The notes under the pieces: model-generated
The model's input: the letters and a program-made list of their open reading frames with translations, nothing else
Databases searched by the model: none
What the model was told of the DNA's origin: nothing
Translations under genes and position numbers: made by a program
Shown here: positions 39,401 through 53,801 of the stretch, piece after piece
Layout: each line of letters begins with the position of its first letter
How positions within the stretch are numbered: the first letter of the stretch is position 1
Assembly: GCF_009914755.1 (NCBI RefSeq)
Contig: NC_060936.1
Strand: one strand, 5' to 3'
From: the human T2T-CHM13v2.0 reference genome, Homo sapiens
Length of the DNA stretch: 64,000 bases

Positions 39401-42400
39401 TCTCAAAGCGATTGAAATCTCCAACTGGAAACTGCACAAATAGGGTGTTTCAAATCTGCTCTGTCTAAAGGAAGGTTCAACTCTGTGAGTTGAATACACA
39501 CACCACAAATAAGTTACTGAGAATTCTTGTGTCGAACATTACTTGAAGAAATCCCGTTTCCAACGAAGGCCTCAAAGAGGTCCAAATATTCACTTGCAGA
39601 TATTACAAACAGAGTGTTTCCAAACTGCTCCATCAAAAGAAAGGTTAAACTCTGTGAGCTGAACACACACATCAAAAAGAAGTTTCTGTGAATGATTCTG
39701 TCAAGATTTTATAAGATGTTTCCATTTCTACCGTAGGACTCAAAGCGCTTGAAATCTCCAGCTGCAAATTCCACAAAAAGGGTGTTTAACATCTGCTCTT
39801 CTAAAGGAAAGTTCAACTCTATGAGTTGAATACACACAGCACAAAGAAGTTACTGAGACTTCTCCTATCAAACATTATATGAAGAAATCCCGTTTCCAAC
39901 GAAGGCCTCAAAGAGGTCCAAATATCTGCTTGCAGACTTTAAAGACAGAGTTTTTCCAAACTGCTCCATCAAAAGAAAGGTTAAACTCCTTGAGTTGAAA
40001 ACACACATCACAAAGTAGTTTCTGTGAATGATTCTGTCTAGTTTCTATACGAAGATGTTTCCTTTTCTACCTTTGGTCTCAAAGCGATTGAAATCTCCAC
40101 ATGGAAACTCCACAAAAAGAGTGTTTCAAATCTGCTCTTTCTGAAGGAAGGTTCAACTCTGTGAGTTGAATACACACACCACAAATAAGTTCCTGAGAAT
40201 TCTTCTGTGTAACATTATATGAGGAAATCCCGTTTCCAACGAAGGCCTCAAAGAGGTCCAAATATCCACTTGCAGACTTTACAAAGACAGTGTCTCCAAA
40301 CTCCTCCATCAAAAGAAAGGTTATACTCTGTGAATTGAACGCACACATCACAAAGTAGTTTCTGAGAATGATTCTGTCTAGTTTTTATACGAAGATATTT
40401 CCTTTTCTACATGTGGCCTAAAAGCGCTTGAAATCTCCACCTGCAAATATCACAAAAAGAGGGTTTCACATCTGCTCTGTCTAAAGGACAGTTCACCTCT
40501 GTGAGTTGAGTAGAGGCAACACAAAGAACTTACTCAGTATTCTTCTTTCTAGCGTTCTATGAAGAAATCACGTTTCCAACGAAGGCCCCAATGAGGTCCA
40601 AATATCTGCTTGCAGACTTTACAGACAGAGTGTTTCCAAACTACTCTATGAAAAGAAAGCTTAAACTCCTTGAGTTGAACGCACAGATCACAAAGTAGTT
40701 TCTGAGAATGATTCTGTCTAGTTTTTATACGAAGATGTTTCCTTTTCTACATTTGGTCTCAAAGCGATTGAAATCTCCAATTGGAAACTGCACAAATAGG
40801 GTGTTTCAAATCTGCTCTGTCTAAAGGAAGGTTCAACTCTTTGAGTTGAATACACACACCACAAATAAGTTACTGAGAATTCTTCTGTCGAACATTACTT
40901 GAAGAAATCCCGTTTCCAACGAAGGCCTCAAAGAGGTCCAAATATCCACTTGCAGACATTACAAACAGAGTGTTTCCAAACTGCTCCATCAAAAGAAAGG
41001 TTAAACTCTGTGAGCTGAACACACACATCAAAAAGAAGTTTCTGTGAATGATTCTGTCTAGATTTTATAAGAAGATGTTTCCTTTTCTACCGTAGGCCTC
41101 AAAGCGCTTGAAATCTCCAGCTGCATATTCCACAAAAAGGGTGTTTAACATCTGCTCTTCTAAAGGAAAGTTCAACTCAATGAGTTGAATACACACAGCC
41201 CAAAGAAGTTACTGAGACTTCTCCTATCAAACATTATATGAAGAAAACCCGTTTCCAACGAAGGCCTCAAAGAGGTCCAAATATCTGCTTGCAGACTTTA
41301 CAAAGACAGTGTCTCCAAACTCCTCCATCAAAAGAAAGGTTATACTCTGTGAATTGAACGCACACATCACAAAGTAGTTTCTGAGAATGATTCTGTCTAG
41401 TTTTTATACGAAGATATTTCCTTTTCTACATTTGGCCTAAAAACGCTTGAAATCTCCACCTGCAAATATCACAAAAAGAGGGTTTCACATCTGCTCTGTC
41501 TAAAGGACAGTTCACTTTTGTGAGTTGAATAGAGGCAACACAAAGAACTTACTCAGTATTCTTCTTTCTAGCGTTCTATGAAGAAATCCCGTTTCCAACG
41601 AAGGCCACAAAGAGGTCCAAATATCTGCTTGCAGACTTTACAGACAGAGTGTTTCCAAACTACTCTATGAAAAGAAAGCTTAAACTCCTTGAGTTGAACG
41701 CACACATCACAAAGTAGTTTCTGAGAATGATTCTGTCTAGTTTTTATACGAAGATGTTTCCTTTTCTACATTTGGTCTCAAAGCGATTGAAATCTCCAAC
41801 TGGAAACTGCACAAATAGGGTGTTTCAAATCTGCACTGTGTAAAGGAAGGTTCAACTCTGTGAGTTGAATACACACACCACAAATAAGTTACTGAGAATT
41901 CTTCTGTCGAACATTACTTGAAGAAATCCCGTTTCCAACGAAGGCCTCAAAGAGGTCCAAATATCCACTTGCAGACATTACAAACAGAGTGTTTCCAAAC
42001 TGCTCCATCAAAAGAAAGGTTAAACTCTGTGAGCTGAACACACACATCAAAAAGAAGTTTCTGTGAATGATTCTGTCTAGATTTTATAAGAAGATGTTTC
42101 CTTTTCTACCGTAGGCCTCAAAGCGCTTGAAATCTCCAGCTGCAAATTCCACAAAAAGGGTGTTTAACATGTGCTCTTCTAAAGGAAAGTTCAACTCTAT
42201 GCGTTGAATACACACAGCACAAAGAAGTTACTGAGACTTCTCCTATCAAACATTATATGAAGAAATCCCGTTTCCAACGAAGGCCTCAAAGAGGTCCAAA
42301 TATCTGCTTGCAGACTTTACAGACAGAGTGTTTCCAAACTGCTCCATCAAAAGAAAGGTTAAACTCCTTGAGTTGAACACACACATCACAAAGTAGTTTC

Positions 42401-45400
42401 TGTGAATGATTCTGTCTAGTTTTTATACGAAGATGTTTCCTTTTCTACCTTTGGTCTCAATGCGATTGAAATCTCCACATGGAAACTCCACAAAAAGAGT
42501 GTTTCAAATCTGCTCTTTCTGAAGGAAGGTTCAACTCTGTGAGTTGAATACACACACCACAAATAAGTTACTGAGAATTCTTCTGTGTAACATTATATGA
42601 GGAAATCCCGTTTCCAACGAAGGCCTCAAAGAGGTCCAAATATCCACTTGCAGACTTTACAAAGACAGTGTCTCCAAACTCCTCCATCAAAAGAAAGGTT
42701 ATACTCTGTGAATTGAACGCACACATCTCAAAGTAGTTTCTGAGAATGATTCTGTCTAGTTTTTATACGAAGATATTTCCTTTTCTACATTTGGCCTAAA
42801 AGCGCTTGAAATCTCCACCTGCAAATATCAGAAAAAGAAGGTTTCACATCTGCTCTGTCTAAAGGACAGTTCACCTCTGTGAGTTGAATAGAGGCAACAC
42901 AAAGAACTTACTCAGTATTCTTCTTTCTTGCGTTCTATGAAGAAATCCCGTTTCCAACGAAGGCCCCAAAGAGGTCCAAATATCTGCTTGCACACTTTAC
43001 AGACAGAGTGTTTCCAAACTACTCTATGAAAAGAAAGCTTAAACTCCTTGAGTTGAACGCACACATCACAAAGTAGTTTCTGAGAATGATTCTGTCCAGT
43101 TTTTATACGAAGATGTTTCCTTTTCTACATTTGGTCTCAAAGCGATTGAAATCTCCAACTGGAAACTGCACAAATAGGGTGTTTCAAATCTGCTCTGTCT
43201 AAAGGAAGGTTCAACTCTGTGAGTTGAATACACACACCACAAATAAGTTACTGAGAATTCTTGTGTCGAACATTACTTGAAGAAATCCCGTTTCCAACGA
43301 AGGCCTCAAAGAGGTCCAAATATTCACTTGCAGATATTACAAACAGAGTGTTTCCAAACTGCTCCATCAAAAGAAAGGTTAAACTCTGTGAGCTGAACAC
43401 ACACATCAAAAAGAAGTTTCTGTGAATGATTCTGTCAAGATTTTATAAGATGTTTCCATTTCTACCGTAGGACTCAAAGCGCTTGAAATCTCCAGCTGCA
43501 AATTCCACAAAAAGGGTGTTTAACATCTGCTCTTCTAAAGGAAAGTTCAACTCTATGAGTTGAATACACACAGCACAAAGAAGTTACTGAGACTTCTCCT
43601 ATCAAACATTATATGAAGAAATCCCGTTTCCAACGAAGGCCTCAAAGAGGTCCAAATATCTGCTTGCAGACTTTAAAGACAGAGTTTTTCCAAACTGCTC
43701 CATCAAAAGAAAGGTTAAACTCCTTGAGTTGAAAACACACATCACAAAGTAGTTTCTGTGAATGATTCTGTCTAGTTTCTATACGAAGATGTTTCCTTTT
43801 CTACCTTTGGTCTCAAAGCGATTGAAATCTCCACATGGAAACTCCACAAAAAGAGTGTTTCAAATCTGCTCTTTCTGAAGGAAGGTTCAACTCTGTGAGT
43901 TGAATACACACACCACAAATAAGTTCCTGAGAATTCTTCTGTGTAACATTATATGAGGAAATCCCGTTTCCAACGAAGGCCTCAAAGAGGTCCAAATATC
44001 CACTTGCAGACTTTACAAAGACAGTGTCTCCAAACTCCTCCATCAAAAGAAAGGTTATACTCTGTGAATTGAACGCACACATCACAAAGTAGTTTCTGAG
44101 AATGATTCTGTCTAGTTTTTATACGAAGATATTTCCTTTTCTACATGTGGCCTAAAAGCGCTTGAAATCTCCACCTGCAAATATCACAAAAAGAGGGTTT
44201 CACATCTGCTCTGTCTAAAGGACAGTTCACCTCTGTGAGTTGAGTAGAGGCAACACAAAGAACTTACTCAGTATTCTTCTTTCTAGCGTTCTATGAAGAA
44301 ATCACGTTTCCAACGAAGGCCCCAATGAGGTCCAAATATCTGCTTGCAGACTTTACAGACAGAGTGTTTCCAAACTACTCTATGAAAAGAAAGCTTAAAC
44401 TCCTTGAGTTGAACGCACAGATCACAAAGTAGTTTCTGAGAATGATTCTGTCTAGTTTTTATACGAAGATGTTTCCTTTTCTACATTTGGTCTCAAAGCG
44501 ATTGAAATCTCCAATTGGAAACTGCACAAATAGGGTGTTTCAAATCTGCTCTGTCTAAAGGAAGGTTCAACTCTTTGAGTTGAATACACACACCACAAAT
44601 AAGTTACTGAGAATTCTTCTGTCGAACATTACTTGAAGAAATCCCGTTTCCAACGAAGGCCTCAAAGAGGTCCAAATATCCACTTGCAGACATTACAAAC
44701 AGAGTGTTTCCAAACTGCTCCATCAAAAGAAAGGTTAAACTCTGTGAGCTGAACACACACATCAAAAAGAAGTTTCTGTGAATGATTCTGTCTAGATTTT
44801 ATAAGAAGATGTTTCCTTTTCTACCGTAGGCCTCAAAGCGCTTGAAATCTCCAGCTGCATATTCCACAAAAAGGGTGTTTAACATCTGCTCTTCTAAAGG
44901 AAAGTTCAACTCAATGAGTTGAATACACACAGCCCAAAGAAGTTACTGAGACTTCTCCTATCAAACATTATATGAAGAAAACCCGTTTCCAACGAAGGCC
45001 TCAAAGAGGTCCAAATATCTGCTTGCAGACTTTACAAAGACAGTGTCTCCAAACTCCTCCATCAAAAGAAAGGTTATACTCTGTGAATTGAACGCACACA
45101 TCACAAAGTAGTTTCTGAGAATGATTCTGTCTAGTTTTTATACGAAGATATTTCCTTTTCTACATTTGGCCTAAAAGCGCTTGAAATCTCCACCTGCAAA
45201 TATCACAAAAAGAGGGTTTCACATCTGCTCTGTCTAAAGGACAGTTCACTTTTGTGAGTTGAATAGAGGCAACACAAAGAACTTACTCAGTATTCTTCTT
45301 TCTAGCGTTCTATGAAGAAATCCCGTTTCCAACGAAGGCCACAAAGAGGTCCAAATATCTGCTTGCAGACTTTACAGACAGAGTGTTTCCAAACTACTCT

Positions 45401-47019
45401 ATGAAAAGAAAGCTTAAACTCCTTGAGTTGAACGCACACATCACAAAGTAGTTTCTGAGAATGATTCTGTCTAGTTTTTATACGAAGATGTTTCCTTTTC
45501 TACATTTGGTCTCAAAGCGATTGAAATCTCCAACTGGAAACTGCACAAATAGGGTGTTTCAAATCTGCACTGTGTAAAGGAAGGTTCAACTCTGTGAGTT
45601 GAATACACACACCACAAATAAGTTACTGAGAATTCTTCTGTCGAACATTACTTGAAGAAATCCCGTTTCCAACGAAGGCCTCAAAGAGGTCCAAATATCC
45701 ACTTGCAGACATTACAAACAGAGTGTTTCCAAACTGCTCCATCAAAAGAAAGGTTAAACTCTGTGAGCTGAACACACACATCAAAAAGAAGTTTCTGTGA
45801 ATGATTCTGTCTAGATTTTATAAGAAGATGTTTCCTTTTCTACCGTAGGCCTCAAAGCGCTTGAAATCTCCAGCTGCAAATTCCACAAAAAGGGTGTTTA
45901 ACATGTGCTCTTCTAAAGGAAAGTTCAACTCTATGCGTTGAATACACACAGCACAAAGAAGTTACTGAGACTTCTCCTATCAAACATTATATGAAGAAAT
46001 CCCGTTTCCAACGAAGGCCTCAAAGAGGTCCAAATATCTGCTTGCAGACTTTACAAACAGAGTGTTTCCAAACTGCTCCATCAAAAGAAAGGTTAAACTC
46101 CTTGAGTTGAACACACACATCACAAAGTAGTTTCTGTGAATGATTCTGTCTAGTTTTTATACGAAGATGTTTCCTTTTCTACCTTTGGTCTCAATGCGAT
46201 TGAAATCTCCACATGGAAACTCCACAAAAAGAGTGTTTCAAATCTGCTCTTTCTGAAGGAAGTTTCAACTCTGTGAGTTGAATACACACACCACAAATAA
46301 GTTACTGAGAATTCTTCTGTGTAACATTATATGAGGAAATCCCGTTTCCAACGAAGGCCTCAAAGAGGTCCAAATATCCACTTGCAGACTTTACAAAGAC
46401 AGTGTCTCCAAACTCCTCCATCAAAAGAAAGGTTATACTCTGTGAATTGAACGCACACATCTCAAAGTAGTTTCTGAGAATGATTCTGTCTAGTTTTAAT
46501 ACGAAGATATTTCCTTTTCTACATTTGGCCTAAAAGCGCTTGAAATCTCCACCTGCAAATATCACAAAAAGAGGGTTTCACATCTGCTCTGTCTAAAGGA
46601 CAGTTCACCTCTGTGAGTTGAATAGAGGCAACACAAAGAATTTACTCAGTATTCTTCTTTCTTGCGTTCTATGAAGAAATCCCGTTTCCAACGAAGGCCC
46701 CAAAGAGGTCCAAATATCTGCTTGCACACTTTACAGACAGAGTGTTTCCAAACTACTCTATGAAAAGAAAGCTTAAACTCCTTGAGTTGAACGCACACAT
46801 CACAAAGTAGTTTCTGAGAATGATTCTGTCCAGTTTTTATACGAAGATGTTTCCTTTTCTACATTTGGTCTCAAAGCGATTGAAATCTCCAACTGGAAAC
46901 TGCACAAATAGGGTGTTTCAAATCTGCTCTGTCTAAAGGAAGGTTCAACTCTGTGAGTTGAATACACACACCACAAATAAGTTACTGAGAATTCTTGTGT
47001 CGAACATTACTTGAAGAAA
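33443..47019 (-). repeat. Tandem 22-monomer super-HOR (3734 bp; 8+8+6): three full copies and one internally deleted copy
   Basis: Units start at boxes 33443, 37177 (2375 bp), 39552 and 43286. Shared markers: aagttcctgag, catgtggcct, ctgcatattcc, tgcactgtgtaaagg, acatctcaaag. The ORF track copies at 40079 and 43813 are 3734 bp apart. Confidence 0.9.
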
Positions 47020-50000
47020 TCCCGTTTCCAACGAAGGCCTCAAAGAGGTCCAAATATTCACTTGCAGATATTACAAACAGAGTGTTTCCAAACTGCTCCA
47101 TCAAAAGAAAGGTTAAACTCTGTGAGCTGAACACACACATCAAAAAGAAGTTTCTGTGAATGATTCTGTCAAGATTTTATAAGATGTTTCCATTTCTACC
47201 GTAGGACTCAAAGCGCTTGAAATCTCCAGCTGCAAATTCCACAAAAAGGGTGTTTAACATCTGCTCTTCTAAAGGAAAGTTCAACTCAATGAGTTGAATA
47301 CACACAGCCCAAAGAAGTTACTGAGACTTCTCCTATCAAACATTATATGAAGAAATCCCGTTTCCAACGAAGGCCTCAAAGAGGTCCAAATATCTGCTTG
47401 CAGACTTTACAAAGACAGTGTCTCCAAACTCCTCCATCAAAAGAAAGGTTATACACTGTGAATTGAACGCACACATCACAAAGTAGTTTCTGAGAATGAT
47501 TCTGTCTAGTTTTTATACGAAGATATTTCCTTTTCTACATTTGGCCTAAAAGCGCTTGAAGTCTCCACCTGCAAATATCACAAAAAGAGGGTTTCACATC
47601 TGCTCTGTCTAAAGGACAGTTCACCTTTGTGAGTTGAATAGAGGCAACACAAAGAACTTACTCAGTATTCTTCTTTCTAGCGTTCTATGAAGAAATCCCG
47701 TTTCCAACGAAGGCCCCAAAGAGGTCCAAATATCTGCTTGCAGACTTTACAGACAGAGTGTTTCCAAACTACTCTATGAAAAGAAAGCTTAAACTCCTTG
47801 AGTTGAACGCACACATCACAAAGTAGTTTCTGAGAATGATTCTGTCTAGTTTTTATACGAAGATGTTTCCTTTTCTACATTTGGTCTCAAAGCGATTGAA
47901 ATCTCCAACTGGAAACTGCACAAATAGGGTGTTTCAAATCTGCTCTGTCTAAAGGAAGGTTCAACTCTGTGAGTTGAATACACACACCACAAATAAGTTA
48001 CTGAGAATTCTTCTGTCGAACATTACTTGAAGAAATCCCGTTTCCAACGAAGGCCTCAAAGAGGTCCAAATATCCACTTGCAGACATTAGAAAAAGAGTG
48101 TTTCCAAACTGCTCCATCAAAAGAAAGGTTAAACTCTGTGAGCTGAACACACACATCAAAAAGAAGTTTCTGTGAATGATTCTGTCAAGATTTTATAAGA
48201 TGTTTCCATTTCTACCGTAGGACTCAAAGCGCTTGAAATCTCCAGCTGCAAATTCCACAAAAAGGGTGTTTAACATCTGCTCTTCTAAAGGAAAGTTCAA
48301 CTCTATGAGTTGAATACACACAGCACAAAGAAGTTACTGAGACTTCTCCTATCAAACATTATATGAAGAAATCCCGTTTCCAACGAAGGCCTCAAAGAGG
48401 TCCAAATATCTGCTTGCAGACTTTAAAGACAGAGTTTTTCCAAACTGCTCCATCAAAAGAAAGGTTAAACTCCTTGAGTTGAACACACACATCACAAAGT
48501 AGTTTCTGTGAATGATTCTGTCTCGTTTTTATACGAAGATGTTTCCTTTTCTACCTTTGGTCTCAAAGCGATTGAAATCTCCACATGGAAACTCCACAAA
48601 AAGAGTGTTTCAAATCTGCTCTTTCTGAAGGAAGGTTCAACTCTGTGAGTTGAATACACACACCACAAATAAGTTACTGAGAATTCTTCTGTGTAACATT
48701 ATATGAGGAAATCCCGTTTCCAACGAAGGCCTCAAAGAGGTCCAAATATCCACTTGCAGACTTTACAAAGACAGTGTCTCCAAACTCCTCCATCAAAAGA
48801 AAGGTTATACTCAGTGAATTGAACGCACACATCACAAAGTAGTTTCTGAGAATGATTCTGTCTAGTTTTTATACGAAGATATTTCCTTTTCTACATTTGG
48901 CCTAAAAGCGCTTGAAATCTCCACCTGCAAATATCACAAAAAGAGGGTTTCACATCTGTTCTGTCTAAAGGACAGTTCACCTCTGTGAGTTGAGTAGAGG
49001 CAACACAAAGAACTTACTCAGTATTCTTCTTTCTAGCGTTCTATGAAGAAATCACGTTTCCAACGAAGGCCCCAAAGAGGTCCAAATATCTGCTTGCAGA
49101 CTTTACAGACAGAGTGTTTCCAAACTACTCTATGAAAAGAAAGCTTAAACTTCTTGAGTTGAACGCACACATCACAAAGTAGTTTCTGAGAATGATTCTG
49201 TCTAGTTTTTATACGAAGATGTTTCCTTTTCTACATTTGGTCTCAAAGCGATTGAAATCTCCAACTGGAAACTGCACAAATAGGGTGTTTCAAATCTGCT
49301 CTGTCTAAAGGAAGGTTCAACTCTTTGAGTTGAATACACACACCACAAATAAGTTACTGAGAATTCTTCTGTCGAACATTACTTGAAGAAATCCCGTTTC
49401 CAACGAAGGCCTCAAAGAGGTCCAAATATCCACTTGCAGACATTACAAACAGAGTGTTTCCAAACTGCTCCATCAAAACAAAGGTTAAACTCTGTGAGCT
49501 GAACACACACATCAAAAAGAAGTTTCTGTGAATGATTCTGTCTAGATTTTATAAGAAGATGTTTCCTTTTCTACCGTAGGCCTCAAAGTGCTTGAAATCT
49601 CCAGCTGCAAATTCCACAAAAAGGGTGTTTAACATCTGCTCTTCTAAAGGAAAGTTCAACTCAATGAGTTGAATACACACAGCCCAAAGAAGTTACTGAG
49701 ACTTCTCCTATCAAACATTATATGAAGAAATCCCGTTTCCAACGAAGGCCTCAAAGAGGTCCAAATATCTGCTTGCAGACTTTACAAAGACAGTGTCTCC
49801 AAACTCCTCCATCAAAAGAAAGGTTATACTCTGTGAATTGAACGCACACATCACAAAGTAGTTTCTGAGAATGATTCTGTCTAGTTTTTATACGAAGATA
49901 TTTCCTTTTCTACATTTGGCCTAAAAGCGCTTGAAGTCTCCACCTGCAAATATCACAAAAAGAGGGTTTCACATCTGCTCTGTCTAAAGGACAGATCACC

Positions 50001-53000
50001 TTTGTGAGTTGAATAGAGGCAACACAAAGAACTTACTCAGTATTCTTCTTTCTAGCGTTCTATGAAGAAATCCCGTTTCCAACGAAGGCCCCAAAGAGGT
50101 CCAAATATCTGCTTGCACACTTTACAGACAGAGTGTTTCCAAACTACTCTATGAAAAGAAAGCTTAAACTCCTTGAGTTGAACGCACACATCACAAAGTA
50201 GTTTCTGAGAATGATTCTGTCCAGTTTTTATACGAAGATGTTTCCTTTTCTACATTTGGTCTCAAAGCGATTGAAATCTCCAACTGGAAACTGCACAAAT
50301 AGGGTGTTTCAAATCTGCTCTGTCTAAAGGAAGGTTCAACTCTGTGAGTTGAATACACACACCACAAATAAGTTACTGAGAATTCTTGTGTCGAACATTA
50401 CTTGAAGAAATCCCGTTTCCAACGAAGGCCTCAAAGAGGTCCAAATATTCACTTGCAGATATTACAAACAGAGTGTTTCCAAACTGCTCCGTCAAAAGAA
50501 AGGTTAAACTCTGTGAGCTGAACACACACATCAAAAAGAAGTTTCTGTGAATGATTCTGTCAAGATTTTATAAGATGTTTCCTTTTCTACCGTAGGACTC
50601 AAAGCGCTTGAAATCTCCAGCTGCAAATTCCACAAAAAGGGTGTTTAACATCTGCTCTTCTAAAGGAAAGTTCAACTCAATGAGTTGAATACACACAGCC
50701 CAAAGAAGTTACTGAGACTTCTCCTATCAAACATTATATGAAGAAATCCCGTTTCCAACGAAGGCCTCAAAGAGGTCCAAATATCTGCTTGCAGACTTTA
50801 CAAAGACAGTGTCTCCAAACTCCTCCATCAAAAGAAAGGTTATACTCTGTGAATTGAACGCACACATCACAAAGTAGTTTCTGAGAATGATTCTGTCTAG
50901 TTTTTATACGAAGATATTTCCTTTTCTACATTTGGCCTAAAAGCGCTTGAAGTCTCCACCTGCAAATATCACAGAAAGAGGGTTTCACATCTGCTCTGTC
51001 TAAAGGACAGTTCACCTTTGTGAGTTGAATAGAGGCAACACAAAGAACTTACTCAGTATTCTTCTTTCTAGCGTTCTATGAAGAAATCCCGTTTCCAACG
51101 AAGGCCCCAAAGAGGTCCAAATATCTGCTTGCAGACTTTACAGACAGAGTGTTTCCAAACTACTCTATGAAAAGAAAGCTTAAACTCCTTGAGTTGAACG
51201 CACACATCACAAAGTAGTTTCTGAGAATGATTCTGTCTAGTTTTTATACGAAGATGTTTCCTTTTCTACATTTGGTCTCAAAGCGATTGAAATCTCCAAC
51301 TGGAAACTGCACAAATAGGGTGTTTCAAATCTGCTCTGTCTAAAGGAAGGTTCAACTCTGTGAGTTGAATACACACACCACAAATAAGTTACTGAGAATT
51401 CTTCTGTCGAACATTACTTGAAGAAATCCCGTTTCCAACGAAGGCCTCAAAGAGGTCCAAATATCCACTTGCAGACATTAGAAAAAGAGTGTTTCCAAAC
51501 TGCTCCATCAAAAGAAAGGTTAAACTCTGTGAGCTGAACACACACATCAAAAAGAAGTTTCTGTGAATGATTCTGTCAAGATTTTATAAGATGTTTCCAT
51601 TTCTACCGTAGGACTCAAAGCGCTTGAAATCTCCAGCTGCAAATTCCACAAAAAGGGTGTTTAACATCTGCTCTTCTAAAGGAAAGTTCAACTCTATGAG
51701 TTGAATACACACAGCACAAAGAAGTTACTGAGACTTCTCCTATCAAACATTATATGAAGAAATCCCGTTTCCAACGAAGGCCTCAAAGAGGTCCAAATAT
51801 CTGCTTGCAGACTTTAAAGACAGAGTTTTTCCAAACTGCTCCATCAAAAGAAAGGTTAAACTCCTTGAGTTGAACACACACATCACAAAGTAGTTTCTGT
51901 GAATGATTCTGTCTAGTTTTTATACGAAGATGTTTCCTTTTCTACCTTTGGTCTCAAAGCGATTGAAATCTCCACATGGAAACTCCACAAAAAGAGTGTT
52001 TCAAATCTGCTCTTTCTGAAGGAAGGTTCAACTCTGTGAGTTGAATACACACACCACAAATAAGTTACTGAGAATTCTTCTGTGTAACATTATATGAGGA
52101 AATCCCGTTTCCAACGAAGGCCTCAAAGAGGTCCAAATATCCACTTGCAGACTTTACAAAGACAGTGTCTCCAAACTCCTCCATCAAAAGAAAGGTTATA
52201 CTCTGTGAATTGAACGCACACATCACAAAGTAGTTTCTGAGAATGATTCTGTCTAGTTTTTATACGAAGATATTTCCTTTTCTACATTTGGCCTAAAAGC
52301 GCATGAAATCTCCACCTGCAAATATCACAAAAAGAGGGTTTCACATCTGTTCTGTCTAAAGGACAGTTCACCTCTGTGAGTTGAGTAGAGGCAACACAAA
52401 GAACTTACTCAGTATTCTTCTTTCTAGCGTTCTATGAAGAAATCACGTTTCCAACGAAGGCCCCAAAGAGGTCCAAATATCTGCTTGCAGACTTTACAGA
52501 CAGAGTGTTTCCAAACTACTCTATGAAAAGAAAGCTTAAACTTCTTGAGTTGAACGCACACATCACAAAGTAGTTTCTGAGAATGATTCTGTCTAGTTTT
52601 TATACGAAGATGTTTCCTTTTCTACATTTGGTCTCAAAGCGATTGAAATCTCCAACTGGAACCTGCACAAATAGGGTGTTTCAAATCTGCTCTGTCTAAA
52701 GGAAGGTTCAACTCTTTGAGTTGAATACACACACCACAAATAAGTTACTGAGAATTCTTCTGTCGAACATTACTTGAAGAAATCCCGTTTCCAACGAAGG
52801 CCTCAAAGAGGTCCAAATATCCACTTGCAGACATTACAAACAGAGTGTTTCCAAACTGCTCCATCAAAAGAAAGGTTAAACTCTGTGAGCTGAACACACA
52901 CATCAAAAAGAAGTTTCTGTGAATGATTCTGTCTAGATTTTATAAGAAGATGTTTCCTTTTCTACCGTAGGCCTCAAAGTGCTTGAAATCTCCAGCTGCA

Positions 53001-53801
53001 AATTCCACAAAAAGGGTGTTTAACATCTGCTCTTCTAAAGGAAAGTTCAACTCAATGAGTTGAATACACACAGCCCAAAGAAGTTACTGAGACTTCTCCT
53101 ATCAAACATTATATGAAGAAATCCCGTTTCCAACGAAGGCCTCAAAGAGGTCCAAATATCTGCTTGCAGACTTTACAAAGACAGTGTCTCCAAACTCCTC
53201 CATCAAAAGAAAGGTTATACTCTGTGAATTGAACGCACACATCACAAAGTAGTTTCTGAGAATGATTCTGTCTAGTTTTTATACGAAGATATTTCCTTTT
53301 CTACATTTGGCCTAAAAGCGCTTGAAGTCTCCACCTGCAAATATCACAAAAAGAGGGTTTCACATCTGCTCTGTCTAAAGGACAGATCACCTTTGTGAGT
53401 TGAATAGAGGCAACACAAAGAACTTACTCAGTATTCTTCTTTCTAGCGTTCTATGAAGAAATCCCGTTTCCAACGAAGGCCCCAAAGAGGTCCAAATATC
53501 TGCTTGCAGACTTTACAGACAGAGTGTTTCCAAACTACTCTATGAAAAGAAAGCTTAAACTCCTTGAGTTGAACGCACACATCACAAAGTAGTTTCTGAG
53601 AATGATTCTGTCTAGTTTTTATACGAAGATGTTTCCTTTTCTACATTTGGTCTCAAAGCGATTGAAATCTCCAACTGGAAACTGCACAAATAGGGTGTTT
53701 CAAATCTGCTCTGTCTAAAGGAAGGTTCAAATCTGTGAGTTGAATACACACACCACAAATAAGTTACTGAGAATTCTTCTGTCGAACATTACTTGAAGAA
53801 A
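47020..53801 (-). repeat. Tandem 20-monomer duplication (3391 bp x2; 6+8+6)
   Basis: Private markers cattagaaaaagag (48085/51476) and gacagatcacc (49990/53381) are both 3391 bp apart, and the dimer order C-A-B-C-D-A-B-C-A-B repeats. Confidence 0.88.

Noticed and set aside
33970-44085. Three 90-aa minus-strand ORFs (33970, 40079, 43813)
   Set aside because: They are opened by the aagttcctgag SNV, which removes a TAA on the minus strand. They mark super-HOR copies and are not genes.
7295-44997. Variant CENP-B boxes at 7295 (tttagaac), 22921 (tttacaac), 26313 (cgattcc), 41247 and 44981 (acccg)
   Set aside because: The changes fall outside the nine essential positions, so they are not counted as disrupted.
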